DNA from: an uncultured bacterium
GTDB lineage: Bacteria; Eisenbacteria; RBG-16-71-46; CAIMUX01; WJJG01
Direction of reading: 5' to 3'
DNA length: 64,000 nt
Assembly: GCA_964603725.1 (NCBI GenBank)
Contig: CAZRWW010000010.1
Span: forward strand, 34,935 to 98,934
Made by a program: the position numbers and the translations under genes. The notes under the pieces are model-generated. The model searched no databases. It was not told where the DNA came from and was given only the letters and a program-made list of their open reading frames with translations. Position 1 is the first letter of the stretch; every line of letters begins with the position of its first letter. Shown piece by piece: positions 31,901-39,811 of the stretch.

Positions 31901-32658
31901 AGGGGTTGAAGCTGCATCTCGTCGAGCGTGTTCAACAGAGGCGCCAGAGTGGGCTTCTCGCCGGCACCGAGGCGCTCGCGGATGAAGTCCTCGACGAAGA
32001 CTTGTGCCGGCGACAGCCACAGCTCGGGGACGCGCGCCAGGACGGTGCCGACGACCTGGTCGCCAGCGGCGGTGTGCCGCGCGATCGCCCGCAGGGCGAA
32101 GTAGGCGATCCAACTGCTGTGGCGATCGAGAGCGCTGAGCAGCGAACGGGTGGGGACCGATCCCGGGTCCCGGCGCGACAACGCTTCCAGCGCCACGAGG
32201 ATCGCCAGGGGGTTGTCGGAGATGAGGAAGCTCAGCAACCCCTCGGTAGTGTCATGCTCGGCCGTCATGCGGGCGACCGCGCGCTCGAAGAGGGCATTCG
32301 TCAGTAGATCGCTCGGACGCAGCGAGACGTTCCAGAGGGGAATGAGCTCCGCCAGGAGCGCGTCGAGGGGCTGCTCGGCTTCGCCGGGCGGGCCGGGCGT
32401 GACGTCGCCGGGCGGGCCGGGCGTGACGTCGCCGGTGCCGGGGGCGGGCGGCGCGGCTCCGGTGGCCGCGCCGGAGGTGGGCGGCGAGCCCGGGGGGCCG
32501 GCGGCAGAGGGCCGGTCATCGGCGAGACGGGTATAGGGCGATAGCGCGCGGCGCGGACGCGCCGTCAGTCGCACGACGACCCCCGCGATGAGCCCGGCAG
32601 CGACCAACAGAAGTAGAGCCGCACCTATGCTGTCCACACCCCCTCCGGGCGACAACAC
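28987..32658 (-). CDS. Membrane-anchored ClpA/ClpB-family double-AAA+ ATPase fused to a C-terminal class-I peptide-chain-release-factor-like module with GGQ altered to GGK
   Basis: N-terminal TM helix, then a Pro/Gly-rich linker with the repeat GDVTPGPP x2. D1 Walker A VLVGEAGTGKTT. D2 is ClpB-D2-like with FLFAGPTGTGKTE, VVLLDEFEKA and a sensor region. The last ~350 aa align to RF1/RF2 domain 1 (ERDFWTS versus DPDFWND), the PCRF domain, a GGQ-region equivalent RGGGKGTDRERAHVTVVP (versus [21 protein letters not shown]), and domain 4 RIVRSYRLGAAPIVRDSARGWRTGRLDHVLAGNFD (versus [33 protein letters not shown]). Confidence 0.75.
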   Translation of the reverse strand: MLSPGGGVDSIGAALLLLVAAGLIAGVVVRLTARPRRALSPYTRLADDRPSAAGPPGSPPTSGAATGAAPPAPGTGDVTPGPPGDVTPGPPGEAEQPLDALLAELIPLWNVSLRPSDLLTNALFERAVARMTAEHDTTEGLLSFLISDNPLAILVALEALSRRDPGSVPTRSLLSALDRHSSWIAYFALRAIARHTAAGDQVVGTVLARVPELWLSPAQVFVEDFIRERLGAGEKPTLAPLLNTLDEMQLQPLRRLLFQLDDQLIGALREEVLTHIERLRRESELAVPERPPDQPASGGVGQPWRAEVDPRIDAIVEHPALMETVDRIEAALERDAPPSFVLVGEAGTGKTTVMRLLSRRLLPKGWTIIEAQHMDLIAGQKYIGQFEERFEGLLKRLAAKPRQLWYAPNIHELVWTGQHDKSDTGALDLLLPHLEARQVVVIGETDPEGYERILRARPRYRGALQAERLAPPDPATTLDLACRWAQAAGTNAGAAPVSPDTVCEAVHLAEQFLADRAAPGHVLDLLKTTCARLASETGREGRTGPGREVPAIGPRREVPAIGRDDLMTTVSQLTGLPAVVLDDRQQLDLARLRSHFESRVMGQPEAIDCLVDRVAMIKAGLTDPTRPLGVFLFAGPTGTGKTEIAKVLTEFLFSRPERMIRIDMSELQTSGSLTRLFGGRAAGEAKGSLVERIREQPFAVVLLDEFEKANEQVWHMFLQVFDDGRLTDDRGLTVNLRHAIIIMTANIGAAMSGAARLGFTREDEQFRPEAIERAIGETFRREFLNRIDQVIIFRPLSRETMRAILRKELRAISRLRGLRWRDWAIEWDDDAIEFLLEKGFTPDLGARPLRRAIERHLLAPLATVIAKCQAPAGDQFLFVRAAGGGLQVEFVDPDAPEHAPAAAGGRHAGGAVERPPLGAIVLDPRGTATEAEALQLHHDRLRALVEAESWRAAKQAALARTAERDFWTSLDRFEILGSAEYQDRIERVLESAGSLLTRLVSSAAGQREHLPRKLIGDIAQKLYLIDAACADVHAGRPREAFLSLECVACAARDTGGDQRPSWGQTLGMMYQAWAQKRGMNCTVLDESEDPRAGDYRLLLAVAGLGAYGLLAGETGLHVAEYPRGGGKGTDRERAHVTVVPQPIEPPAGNTRAARLRALRGQARAALAALGPSDLRIVRSYRLGAAPIVRDSARGWRTGRLDHVLAGNFDLMASVGEAVDRQGA

Positions 32659-33165
32659 GTGCCCTCGATCGGCATCGCAGTCCGCTCAGAGGGGAGCATA
32701 CGCCAAAGCTACCCGAGCCGTCATGGAGTTGTCGGACCTGCAAGCCCATGATCGAATGCAGTTCTGCCGCTAGCAGGGTGCTTCGGGGCCAAGTTCGAGT
32801 GTCTGGATCGCTTCTTTCCAATCTGAGAGTGGCCAGACCGTGCTGCGTAACGACAGACATGCGTTGGCCTTGCAGCCAGATCCGCCCCTTCTCGCGAAGG
32901 AACGAAGATACGTGGTCGCCGCCTCCGTCAGCGACGAGATTGTGCGGAACACATGGTTGGTCGGATCTCGTGTGCCCAACGGCATCTCGCGCTGACTCCC
33001 GCACCGGGGGCGCCCATTGCCATCGGCCCGCGGACTGCGCGCGCGCACCATGGGTCGTGAGGGAAACGCTCACTCAGATTCCTGGCCGACCTGCGGCTCG
33101 AAAGTCAGGCTGATCACACCCTTGCCGGCCGAGTGAACCATCGCGCTATCCGCTTCACGTGATCC

Positions 33166-34173
33166 TCAGCGGATGATCGTCCACCCCCCCCGCCCATCGC
33201 GGCAGAAGATGAAGCTGATGTAGTTGGCCTCTTCCTCGGCCTGGTCGGCGAAGTAGACGACCGACCTGTTGGTGACGGAGTCGATCGGCTGGTAGAGACG
33301 GCCACCGCCAAAGGGCCTGAACTCGAGGTCGGAGGTGTCGAGATCGGCCAGGTGCCACTCGTCGTCTTCCCACAGATACTTGAACTGCCCCAGGGTCTCC
33401 TGCTCAAAGGCCTGCGGGGTCATGTAGTGCGCCCGCTGCAGATCCGCGTTCCGTGCTGCTAGCGACCGCTTCAGGGCATCCATGTCTTCGCTCTGCAGGA
33501 CATTCCAGAATCTCTTGACCTCTCCGGTCAACGCCACGCGATCGGCGTCGGTGATGGGCTCAGGTGGCAGAGCCATCCAGGACCAGGGTGGGAGAGGCAT
33601 GCTGGCGGGGAAGCTCTGCCTCCCGAGCAGCGTGTGCTCGCCCTCGACTTCGAAGCTAAGTGCGCCACCTGGCGTGGGTACTTCAGGCCCGCCGGAGGAG
33701 GGGGACGGAGAACCTGGCGGCGGGGGGGATCCCGGCGGCGGCGTCTTGACTTGCATGCGCAGGAGGCTCGTCTTTGTGTCCGGCGGCAGGGCGTGCTCGC
33801 GGACAAACACCTCCAGCCGGACTTCTCCCGGGGTGGGGCCGTCCCCGAGCGTCAGGCGGACGGAGATCTCGTTCAGTCCATCGGCAAGCCAGCGATTGAT
33901 CGGCATCTCGGTCGAGACGGTGCCGCGGCCAATGTCGTCGGCCAGAACCGGTCCGTCATTGACCCGAATGTCCCACGGGCGGCCGCCCGCCGTGATACTC
34001 AGCGTGTAATACGGTTCTCGCAGATCCATGGGCATCCTTTCCAAGGTCGCCTGGCTTGCCAGGCCTGCTGCTGCCGCAAGTATGAGCACAGCGGCGGCTC
34101 GGACACTACCCCTTCTGCAGAACAGGCTGCTTACGGAATGGGAACTTCTTCCCTTCCACGATCTTGACCTCAT
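33166..34173 (-). CDS. Hypothetical secreted protein with signal peptide and a Pro-rich linker
   Basis: Hydrophobic AAAVLILAAAAGLASQA with an AxA cleavage site. Low-complexity PPPGSPPPPGSPSPSSGGP segment. No recognisable domain. Start is uncertain, between 34104 and 34197. Confidence 0.45.
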   Translation of the reverse strand: MRSRSWKGRSSHSVSSLFCRRGSVRAAAVLILAAAAGLASQATLERMPMDLREPYYTLSITAGGRPWDIRVNDGPVLADDIGRGTVSTEMPINRWLADGLNEISVRLTLGDGPTPGEVRLEVFVREHALPPDTKTSLLRMQVKTPPPGSPPPPGSPSPSSGGPEVPTPGGALSFEVEGEHTLLGRQSFPASMPLPPWSWMALPPEPITDADRVALTGEVKRFWNVLQSEDMDALKRSLAARNADLQRAHYMTPQAFEQETLGQFKYLWEDDEWHLADLDTSDLEFRPFGGGRLYQPIDSVTNRSVVYFADQAEEEANYISFIFCRDGRGGWTIIR

Positions 34174-35965
34174 TCCCGTACTCTTCTCCGCCCTCAAGAG
34201 CTCCAGTTCGTTCGGTCTTCCCCTTGCCCTTCTTCCGCAGTCCCTCGTGTTGGATCTCCGCTCCTACGTGGTAGTAAGCGCGCCAGCCGAGCACAATGCC
34301 CGACCAGGCGAACTCGCCGTCGATATAGAGCCCCTTCTCTTCGAACGCGCCGGTCAACTCGCCGCTCAGCACCGTCTTTGCATATCCCTCAATGCCCGCG
34401 CAGAAGTTGATGATGACAATGTGGAGCTCGACAGAAACCTCGGGCTTGATCATCAGCTCGAGTTCTCCGCCAATCTTCCCCTCGACCGGTTCGCGCTTCA
34501 TGTCGACACCCGTCACCGAAAGCGTTCCCTCGATTGTGGCTTCGGCAGAAAGCCAGATGGCCATGACCCCCTTGGCGCCGATCACCTCGTTGCCGATTCC
34601 CTTGGCGATGCGCCGCTTGACCTTGGCAATAAAGGTTCCGAGGGCAGGCACAATGTGGCAGAGAATGTCCAGGATGTCGACGCGCCCCATGATGCCGATC
34701 AGCGGTGAGAAGCCGACTGTCACATCATACTTGTACTCAACAAGGGGGCCATCGTCCTGTTCTTCGTACCCCCAGCTCCCCTTCAGCACGAACGTGGGCC
34801 AGGTGAACTCCAGCTCGACGCCGCCGATGTAGTCAATGCAATCGGCGACGTATTCCACCATGCCCTTGGTGTCATTCAAGAGCTGGAGCGCGGTGTTGAT
34901 TTCTTGCTCGTAGCTTGCCTTAAGGCTTTTCTTGTGTTGGTCGCTCTCGACGGAGATCTCCCCTTCGACAGTGAAACTGGAATCCACCTTGGTCTTGCGC
35001 CGCTGGCCCGCCTTGCGCTCCGCCTGAGTCGAATACCCCGCGCTGATGCCGGCCTCCCAATGCAGGTCGGGGAAGACCTCGATCGTGACCTCGGCCGGCT
35101 TGGTGGTCTGGCAGGCGGAGAGCTTGACGCGAGATTCCTTAGGCTTAGCCTTATAAGGCCAGATGATCTTGCGGATGTTCTGCTCAAGAGCGTAGTCCTT
35201 GTGGCATGGGAGATGGAAGGACCCACCCGCATCGGGCAGCGCGGGTTCGAGACCGGGCACGGAGATGAGACGGTTGGCGTGCCTTTCGCACGGTCCGGCC
35301 CCGATCTTGGTCGTGACCTTGATCTCGCCGCCCTTCTTCGCGCCACCGACGACTTGGAACCGGGGCTTCTCCCCGGCAGGGATTTTCCCCGGCACCTCGA
35401 GCTTGTACTCGCGTTCGGGGTCCGCTCCGGAGAGGGTGAAGCCGTCGACGCGGCAGGTGTCGGACTTCTTGCCCTCACCCTCGGTGGCGCCTGCGCCGGC
35501 GCCCGCTTCGGCCTGGTCAGCGGTCGCCGCGCCGGCGGGGGCGCCAGTCGTCGCCCCTGTGTTGGTGTCCGCGCCCTCGCCCTCGGTCGCGCCGAGCCTG
35601 CTGGGATCGGCAACCGTGGCCGTGTCCCCCGCCAGCGCGCTCGAGGAGATGCCGGTCGAGACCATGGCGGCCGTACAGGGCTGGGGGGGTGAAAACAGGA
35701 TGCGCCCGGTCTCGATCCGCGCGATCAGGGCCTCGCGCAGCTCGTACGTGTCGGTGGGAAGGTGAGTGATGTCGCCCTCGGCCAGCTGGAGGACTTCCAA
35801 GAGGCTCCGGACCAGCGACCGATTCTCGGGGGCACGCAAGTAGGGAGCCAGCGTCTCCGTAAGCTGGGTCCGCACCGGTCCCGAAAGACGCCGGTCGGGG
35901 TTGCCCGGGTCGGGGGAGAGCTGCAGCTCAATTTCCAGGTCGATCTTGCGGAGGATGGTTTTCAT
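34106..35965 (-). CDS. Hypothetical 619-aa lysine-rich protein of unknown function with atypical composition for this genome
   Basis: Complete ORF. It is K/E/I-rich and lower in GC than block 1, and sits at the edge of the T6SS island. No recognisable motifs. Confidence 0.45.
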   Translation of the reverse strand: MKTILRKIDLEIELQLSPDPGNPDRRLSGPVRTQLTETLAPYLRAPENRSLVRSLLEVLQLAEGDITHLPTDTYELREALIARIETGRILFSPPQPCTAAMVSTGISSSALAGDTATVADPSRLGATEGEGADTNTGATTGAPAGAATADQAEAGAGAGATEGEGKKSDTCRVDGFTLSGADPEREYKLEVPGKIPAGEKPRFQVVGGAKKGGEIKVTTKIGAGPCERHANRLISVPGLEPALPDAGGSFHLPCHKDYALEQNIRKIIWPYKAKPKESRVKLSACQTTKPAEVTIEVFPDLHWEAGISAGYSTQAERKAGQRRKTKVDSSFTVEGEISVESDQHKKSLKASYEQEINTALQLLNDTKGMVEYVADCIDYIGGVELEFTWPTFVLKGSWGYEEQDDGPLVEYKYDVTVGFSPLIGIMGRVDILDILCHIVPALGTFIAKVKRRIAKGIGNEVIGAKGVMAIWLSAEATIEGTLSVTGVDMKREPVEGKIGGELELMIKPEVSVELHIVIINFCAGIEGYAKTVLSGELTGAFEEKGLYIDGEFAWSGIVLGWRAYYHVGAEIQHEGLRKKGKGKTERTGALEGGEEYGNEVKIVEGKKFPFRKQPVLQKG

Positions 35966-36154
35966 GGGTGCACCTTCTCGCCTGACCGAGGGCGGGTGGA
36001 ACTGCGTCCGTCCCTTCCGATGGCTTCACGAAGGTCCGTAGACGGTCATCAACCTTGCGCTGGACCCGGCAGGGGGACCAGGCCGCAGTCTTACTAGCTA
36101 TCAGGGTAGCACCCTGTCGCGGGGGGCGGCAACGGGAGAGCGGTGCCTAGAATC

Positions 36155-37450
36155 CAGCGCCTCCGATTCGAGCGATGTCGGAGGGTGCTCACCGAAGGGC
36201 TGTTTTCTGCAGACCTCCCATGAGCAGCAGCTCTCCGAGGCTCTATCGCCCAAGTTCACACCCCACGGGCAATTGGAGCGCCCCGGCGAATGCACCTCGC
36301 CCGAGGTCGCTACTCGCGAACTTGTGGTCGTCTCCGCAGTACCCTCCCGGGACACTCCGCTCAGCCCGGTCAACTGCGCGCCAGCAGACCTATGCGCTCC
36401 CGGGCGGCCAACACGAGTTCCATCGAGGGGTGGCCAGCGCTGAGCCGCAGCCACCAACACCGCGCGTGACGCACTACCCGCCCCGGCAGGTGGCTGATGG
36501 CGTAACGGATCGCCTTCAGCCGCTTCGTCACCCACTCGCCCCCCAAGACCAACCGCTTTAGCGCCGTGTTCAAGTTCAGCGCCAACACCATGATCGCCCA
36601 CCAGGCCGCGTTGGCACCGAACGACCCCGAGGGCAGTTTGCCGCCGGCCAAGCCATGCTTCATCTCCCTGTGGATGCCTTCGCTCGTCCCGCACCGCTCG
36701 CGATACCACCCAATCAACTCCTCACCATCGATCGCGCGGTTCGTCGCGATCCCGAACACCTTGTAGCGCCCCCTGTGCACCAAACTCCTTGACCGGAAAC
36801 GGCAGATCCTGCTGGACGCGGTAGCGCAACAACCGGTGGTTGTAACCAACCTTATCCGATTGCAGATACACGCGCCGCACACCCTGCGGCAATCCCGCCA
36901 ACGCCTCGGCGAGCACCCGCAGGATCTCATAGCCGGCCGACGCGTTGCCGTCCCGGAACTCCGAGTGCATGACCAAACCCTGCTCGACCCAATACACGTT
37001 CAGCGGTTGATACCCCTTGAAGCCCCGGTAACAACACAGCGCCTCCCGCTTCTCGCCCGCCACCAAGGTGGCATCGGCGTCCAGCGTGGCCTGTTCCTGT
37101 GCCGCACACCGCTGCACGAACCCCACCATCTCCCGGTTCACCGCCGCCAACCCTTGCAAGGTCGGCTTCGGCGTCGGAATGAGGGCCTTGTGCGCCTCGC
37201 GCAACTTCTTCTGCTCCGGATAGTGAAACTCCGTCAAGTAGCAAAACGTCGCGGTGGGCGACGGCACACTCCGGTGCCGGCTCTTGCGCCACCGCCGCTC
37301 CCGCGCCCGGCGCTCCCGCCGGAAAACGCCGTGACACTCCACTTGGCGCAGCAACCGACCGAGGCCCTCGTCGTCCTGCCGCACGCGCAGATCGTCCACA
37401 CTCTCCCCACCAGCCAACTGCGTCAGCATCAGCAACAACACGATCCAAGT
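36155..37450 (-). mobile_element. IS1380/IS4-like insertion-sequence remnant. The transposase is split across two frames and 5'-truncated by the IS630 insertion.
   Basis: The track ORFs 36370..36930 and 36722..37903 together encode a DDE transposase C-terminal region (..YRGFKGYQPL..EFRDGN.. and GKLPSGSFGANAAWWAIMVLALNLNTALKRL), but the two frames differ. The 3' 340 bp (36155..36494) recurs at 46360..46700. Confidence 0.5.
36370..37450 (-). pseudogene. Frameshifted, N-terminally truncated IS1380/IS4-family transposase gene
   Basis: Two overlapping reading frames (36370..36930 and 36722..37450) each carry part of the transposase. The upstream part of the 36722..37903 ORF is antisense to the IS630 transposase and so is not real. 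Confidence 0.5.
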
Positions 37451-37513
37451 AGCTTCGCCTGATTCGGAATAACCGCGCTTTGATAGATCTTCCTTGACGG
37501 GCCGCCGGAATAG

Positions 37514-37576
37514 AAAGAGACCTCCCTTGTCAACACAACCCTCCCCAGACGGGGAGAGCAATAGGGAGGTCTCTTT
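37514..37576 (+). promoter_or_regulatory. Perfect 13-bp inverted repeat that sequesters the GGGAGG Shine-Dalgarno of the IS630 transposase
   Basis: AAAGAGACCTCCC (37514..37526) pairs with GGGAGGTCTCTTT (37564..37576), which ends 1 nt before the GTG start at 37577. A nested CTCCCC/GGGGAG repeat sits in the loop. Confidence 0.5.
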
Positions 37577-38620
37577 GTGCGCGCTCGTCTGTTGCCACTC
37601 GGCCGCGCCGCCCAGCGGCGCATCCTGGGCCTCGATCGTAAGACCCGCAACGCGGATGTCCGCATCCGCTGTCGCATTGTCCTGAAGGTCAGCCAAGGCC
37701 AAAGCTGTCGGGCCGCAGCACTTCAGCTGGGCTGCGTCCCCTCCACCGGCTGGCGCATCGTACAGCGATTCCGCTGCCTGGGGGAAGCAGGTTTGCTCGA
37801 CGGACGCTGCGACAACGGCACGCCCAAGCTGGACGACGACTTGCGCCAAGCCATTGAAGCGATCCTCTACAACTCCCAGCCAGACTACGGCTGCCAGCGC
37901 CAAAGCTGGACCCTGGAGATCCTGGCCCGCGTCATTGCCGACGCCCTACAGGTTCAGCTCTCTGTCGGCCACCTCTGGAAGATTCTGAAGACCATGGGCG
38001 TACGCTGGGGTCTGCCCAGGCCCGTCGTGGCCTGCCCCTGGAAGGCCGCCCGCCGCAAGCGCCGGCTGCGCAAGCTGCACCGCTTGGCCCGACATCCCGC
38101 CGCCCGCGAGGTCGTCGTCTATGCCGACGAAGTCGATATCCATCTGAACGCCCGCATCGGTCGCGACTGGATGCCGCGTGGCTACCAGCGCCGCCTGCTC
38201 ACCCCCGGCCAGAACGCCAAACACTACGTCGCGGGAGCCTATGATCCCTTGCGTCAGCGGATGGTCTGCGTCTCGGGTGATCGCAAGGTCAGTTGGCTGT
38301 TCCTCAACCTCTTGCGCGCGCTCCTCCAAGCCTACCCGTGGGTCCGCCGGATCCACGTGATCCTCGACAACTACGTGATCCACAAGAGTCGACTGGTCCT
38401 GACTGCGCTGCGCGCCATGCCCAAGACCCAGCTGCCCTTCTTGCTGCCCTACTGCCCGGACCACAACAAGATCGAGAGGGTCTGGAGAGACCTGCACGCC
38501 AGCGTCACTCGTAATCATCGCTCCCCCGACCTCAAAGCCCTGATGAACAACGTCTACAAGTACCTCAGCGCTCACTTCCAGGTGTTCTATGGTTCCTGCT
38601 TCACGCCGATCAGGACTTGA
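37577..38620 (+). CDS. IS630-family (Tc1/mariner-like) DDE transposase
   Basis: N-terminal HTH, then a DDE region (..VVYADEVDIHLN.. ..ILDNYVIHKS..) typical of IS630 transposases. GTG start. Confidence 0.8.
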   Translation: MRARLLPLGRAAQRRILGLDRKTRNADVRIRCRIVLKVSQGQSCRAAALQLGCVPSTGWRIVQRFRCLGEAGLLDGRCDNGTPKLDDDLRQAIEAILYNSQPDYGCQRQSWTLEILARVIADALQVQLSVGHLWKILKTMGVRWGLPRPVVACPWKAARRKRRLRKLHRLARHPAAREVVVYADEVDIHLNARIGRDWMPRGYQRRLLTPGQNAKHYVAGAYDPLRQRMVCVSGDRKVSWLFLNLLRALLQAYPWVRRIHVILDNYVIHKSRLVLTALRAMPKTQLPFLLPYCPDHNKIERVWRDLHASVTRNHRSPDLKALMNNVYKYLSAHFQVFYGSCFTPIRT

Positions 38621-38757
38621 TGCAGAATCAGGCGAAGCTATTCAGTCATCGGTTCATCATTGGCGCCTGCGACGAGCATGAACATGCTTGTCGATCGAGT
38701 CGCGCAGGCGGACCACGTGGGCCAACTCCAGGTACAGCGGCAGGCCGCCCAGGGCGG

Positions 38758-39318
38758 TCAGACCCGGCAGGGAGGCGCCGGAAACCATCCGGAACGGAAG
38801 CACCTTCTGTGGCACCATGGATTCTGCTCGTTGGTGATGGTAGGTCTTGCTATCACCTTCCTATCTACCTGATCTCTTAGGACCCAACGAGGCTTTTCCT
38901 TCTTCAGGCGGTGGATCCGGGCCGAGGCAGCTCTATGACCGCTTGGGCTGTCCAGATCTTCGCCGCCCTTCTGCGAGCTCTTCCCCACCAGTGGATCACG
39001 TTGTGGCGAGGGACACCCGTTCTTGGCGAGCTCGACCTGAACGTAGGCCTTGTCGCCCATCTCCAGGCCCTCGGGCAGGTCGAGCACGTCGTCGTGGCGG
39101 TTCTGCCGAATCACGTCCGAGACTTGGTCGAGATCCTTCCCGCCCTCGGTACGCCTGTGATCTTGATGGGCGCGCCGTTGCTCACGAACTCGGTCAGGAT
39201 CTGGAGGGACGCCTGCCAACAACCCACTCGCCGGGACAGGTCCGAGGGCCGCGATCAGGCGCGACGTGAGCTTGACCTCGTGCTTCGAGTCGGTGCTCTT
39301 GCTGTGGCGCTGCGGCAT
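38758..39318 (-). CDS. Orphan member of the PAAR C-terminal domain family, possibly degraded
   Basis: MPQRHSKSTDSKHEVKLTSRLI.. aligns with the start of the 48888..49772 protein (MDLKFTKDTDTKHTVKLEARLV..) and with internal segments of both PAAR C-terminal extensions. The longer track ORF 38758..39774 fuses it with out-of-frame sequence. Confidence 0.4.
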   Translation of the reverse strand: MPQRHSKSTDSKHEVKLTSRLIAALGPVPASGLLAGVPPDPDRVREQRRAHQDHRRTEGGKDLDQVSDVIRQNRHDDVLDLPEGLEMGDKAYVQVELAKNGCPSPQRDPLVGKSSQKGGEDLDSPSGHRAASARIHRLKKEKPRWVLRDQVDRKVIARPTITNEQNPWCHRRCFRSGWFPAPPCRV

Positions 39319-39332
39319 GGCCGGCCCTCGTC

Positions 39333-39765
39333 TCAGGTCCGGGGTCGGGGCGCGAGGCTGGCGATCATCCCGTCCACCGCGGCGCCCAGGGTCTCCATGG
39401 TCTGCTTCGAGAAGGCGGCGCTGAAGTTGCAGGTCGTGCCCTCGTGCATCACGAAGACGAGCTTCTGGAACACCACCTTGCCCTCGGCCGGCGCCCACTC
39501 GTACACGGCCCCGCAGACGGAGGCACCGTCGGGCCGCTGCCTCGTTCTGCGGCTCAGCAGCTCGGCGCCGGGATGGCTGTCCAGGGAATGCGCGATGCGC
39601 CCCTCGGCATAGTCCTCGATGTCCGTGCTGTTGGGCCGCGCGTTGACCTGGATGAAGAGGATGTGCTGGTGCCCGCCCGCCTCCGGACCCAGGATGAAGT
39701 GGACCAACTGGTCCTTTCAAGCGTCCGGGAGCGCGATCCTGAAGGTGCCGTTGAACCTGTTCATA
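39333..39765 (-). pseudogene. DUF1795/Eag-family chaperone pseudogene; TGA replaces the conserved Trp of the LPDGW motif
   Basis: Minus-strand translation MNRFNGTFRIALPDA[TGA]KDQLVHFILGPEAGG.. aligns with the intact paralog at 50014..50460 (..FKLLLPDGWEDRTVHCFVGPEDVG..). The TGA lies at about 39718..39720. The downstream body is conserved. Confidence 0.5.
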
Positions 39766-39811
39766 TTGCTGCAAACATTTCGGTTAGGAGATCTGCCCTC
39801 ACCAAGGCACT

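Larger units (their letters stand above)
37449..38640 (+). mobile_element. IS630-family insertion sequence with 16-bp terminal inverted repeats
   Basis: Left end TAGCTTCGCCTGATTC at about 37449..37464 is the reverse complement of GAATCAGGCGAAGCTA at about 38623..38638. A TA dinucleotide lies at both junctions. The single transposase ORF sits between them. Confidence 0.75.

Noticed and set aside
25764-32307. Plus-strand ORFs 25764..26576, 26595..27701, 27631..28566, 27930..29030 and 28996..32307 (1103 aa), plus 30368..31210 -
   Set aside because: They are antisense to the SARP and ClpB-RF genes, which carry unambiguous Walker and AAA+ motifs. The translations are low-complexity.
32659-33165. 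Possible tRNA or integration site at the island boundary, including a GTTCGAG T-loop-like string
   Set aside because: No acceptor or T-arm complementarity could be found around the GTTCGAG string. There is no cloverleaf and no flanking direct repeat.
36722-37903. 393-aa minus-strand ORF called as one protein
   Set aside because: Only the 36722..~37450 part is transposase-like. The upstream ~110 codons are antisense to the IS630 transposase and left terminal inverted repeat, so it is not a single real gene.
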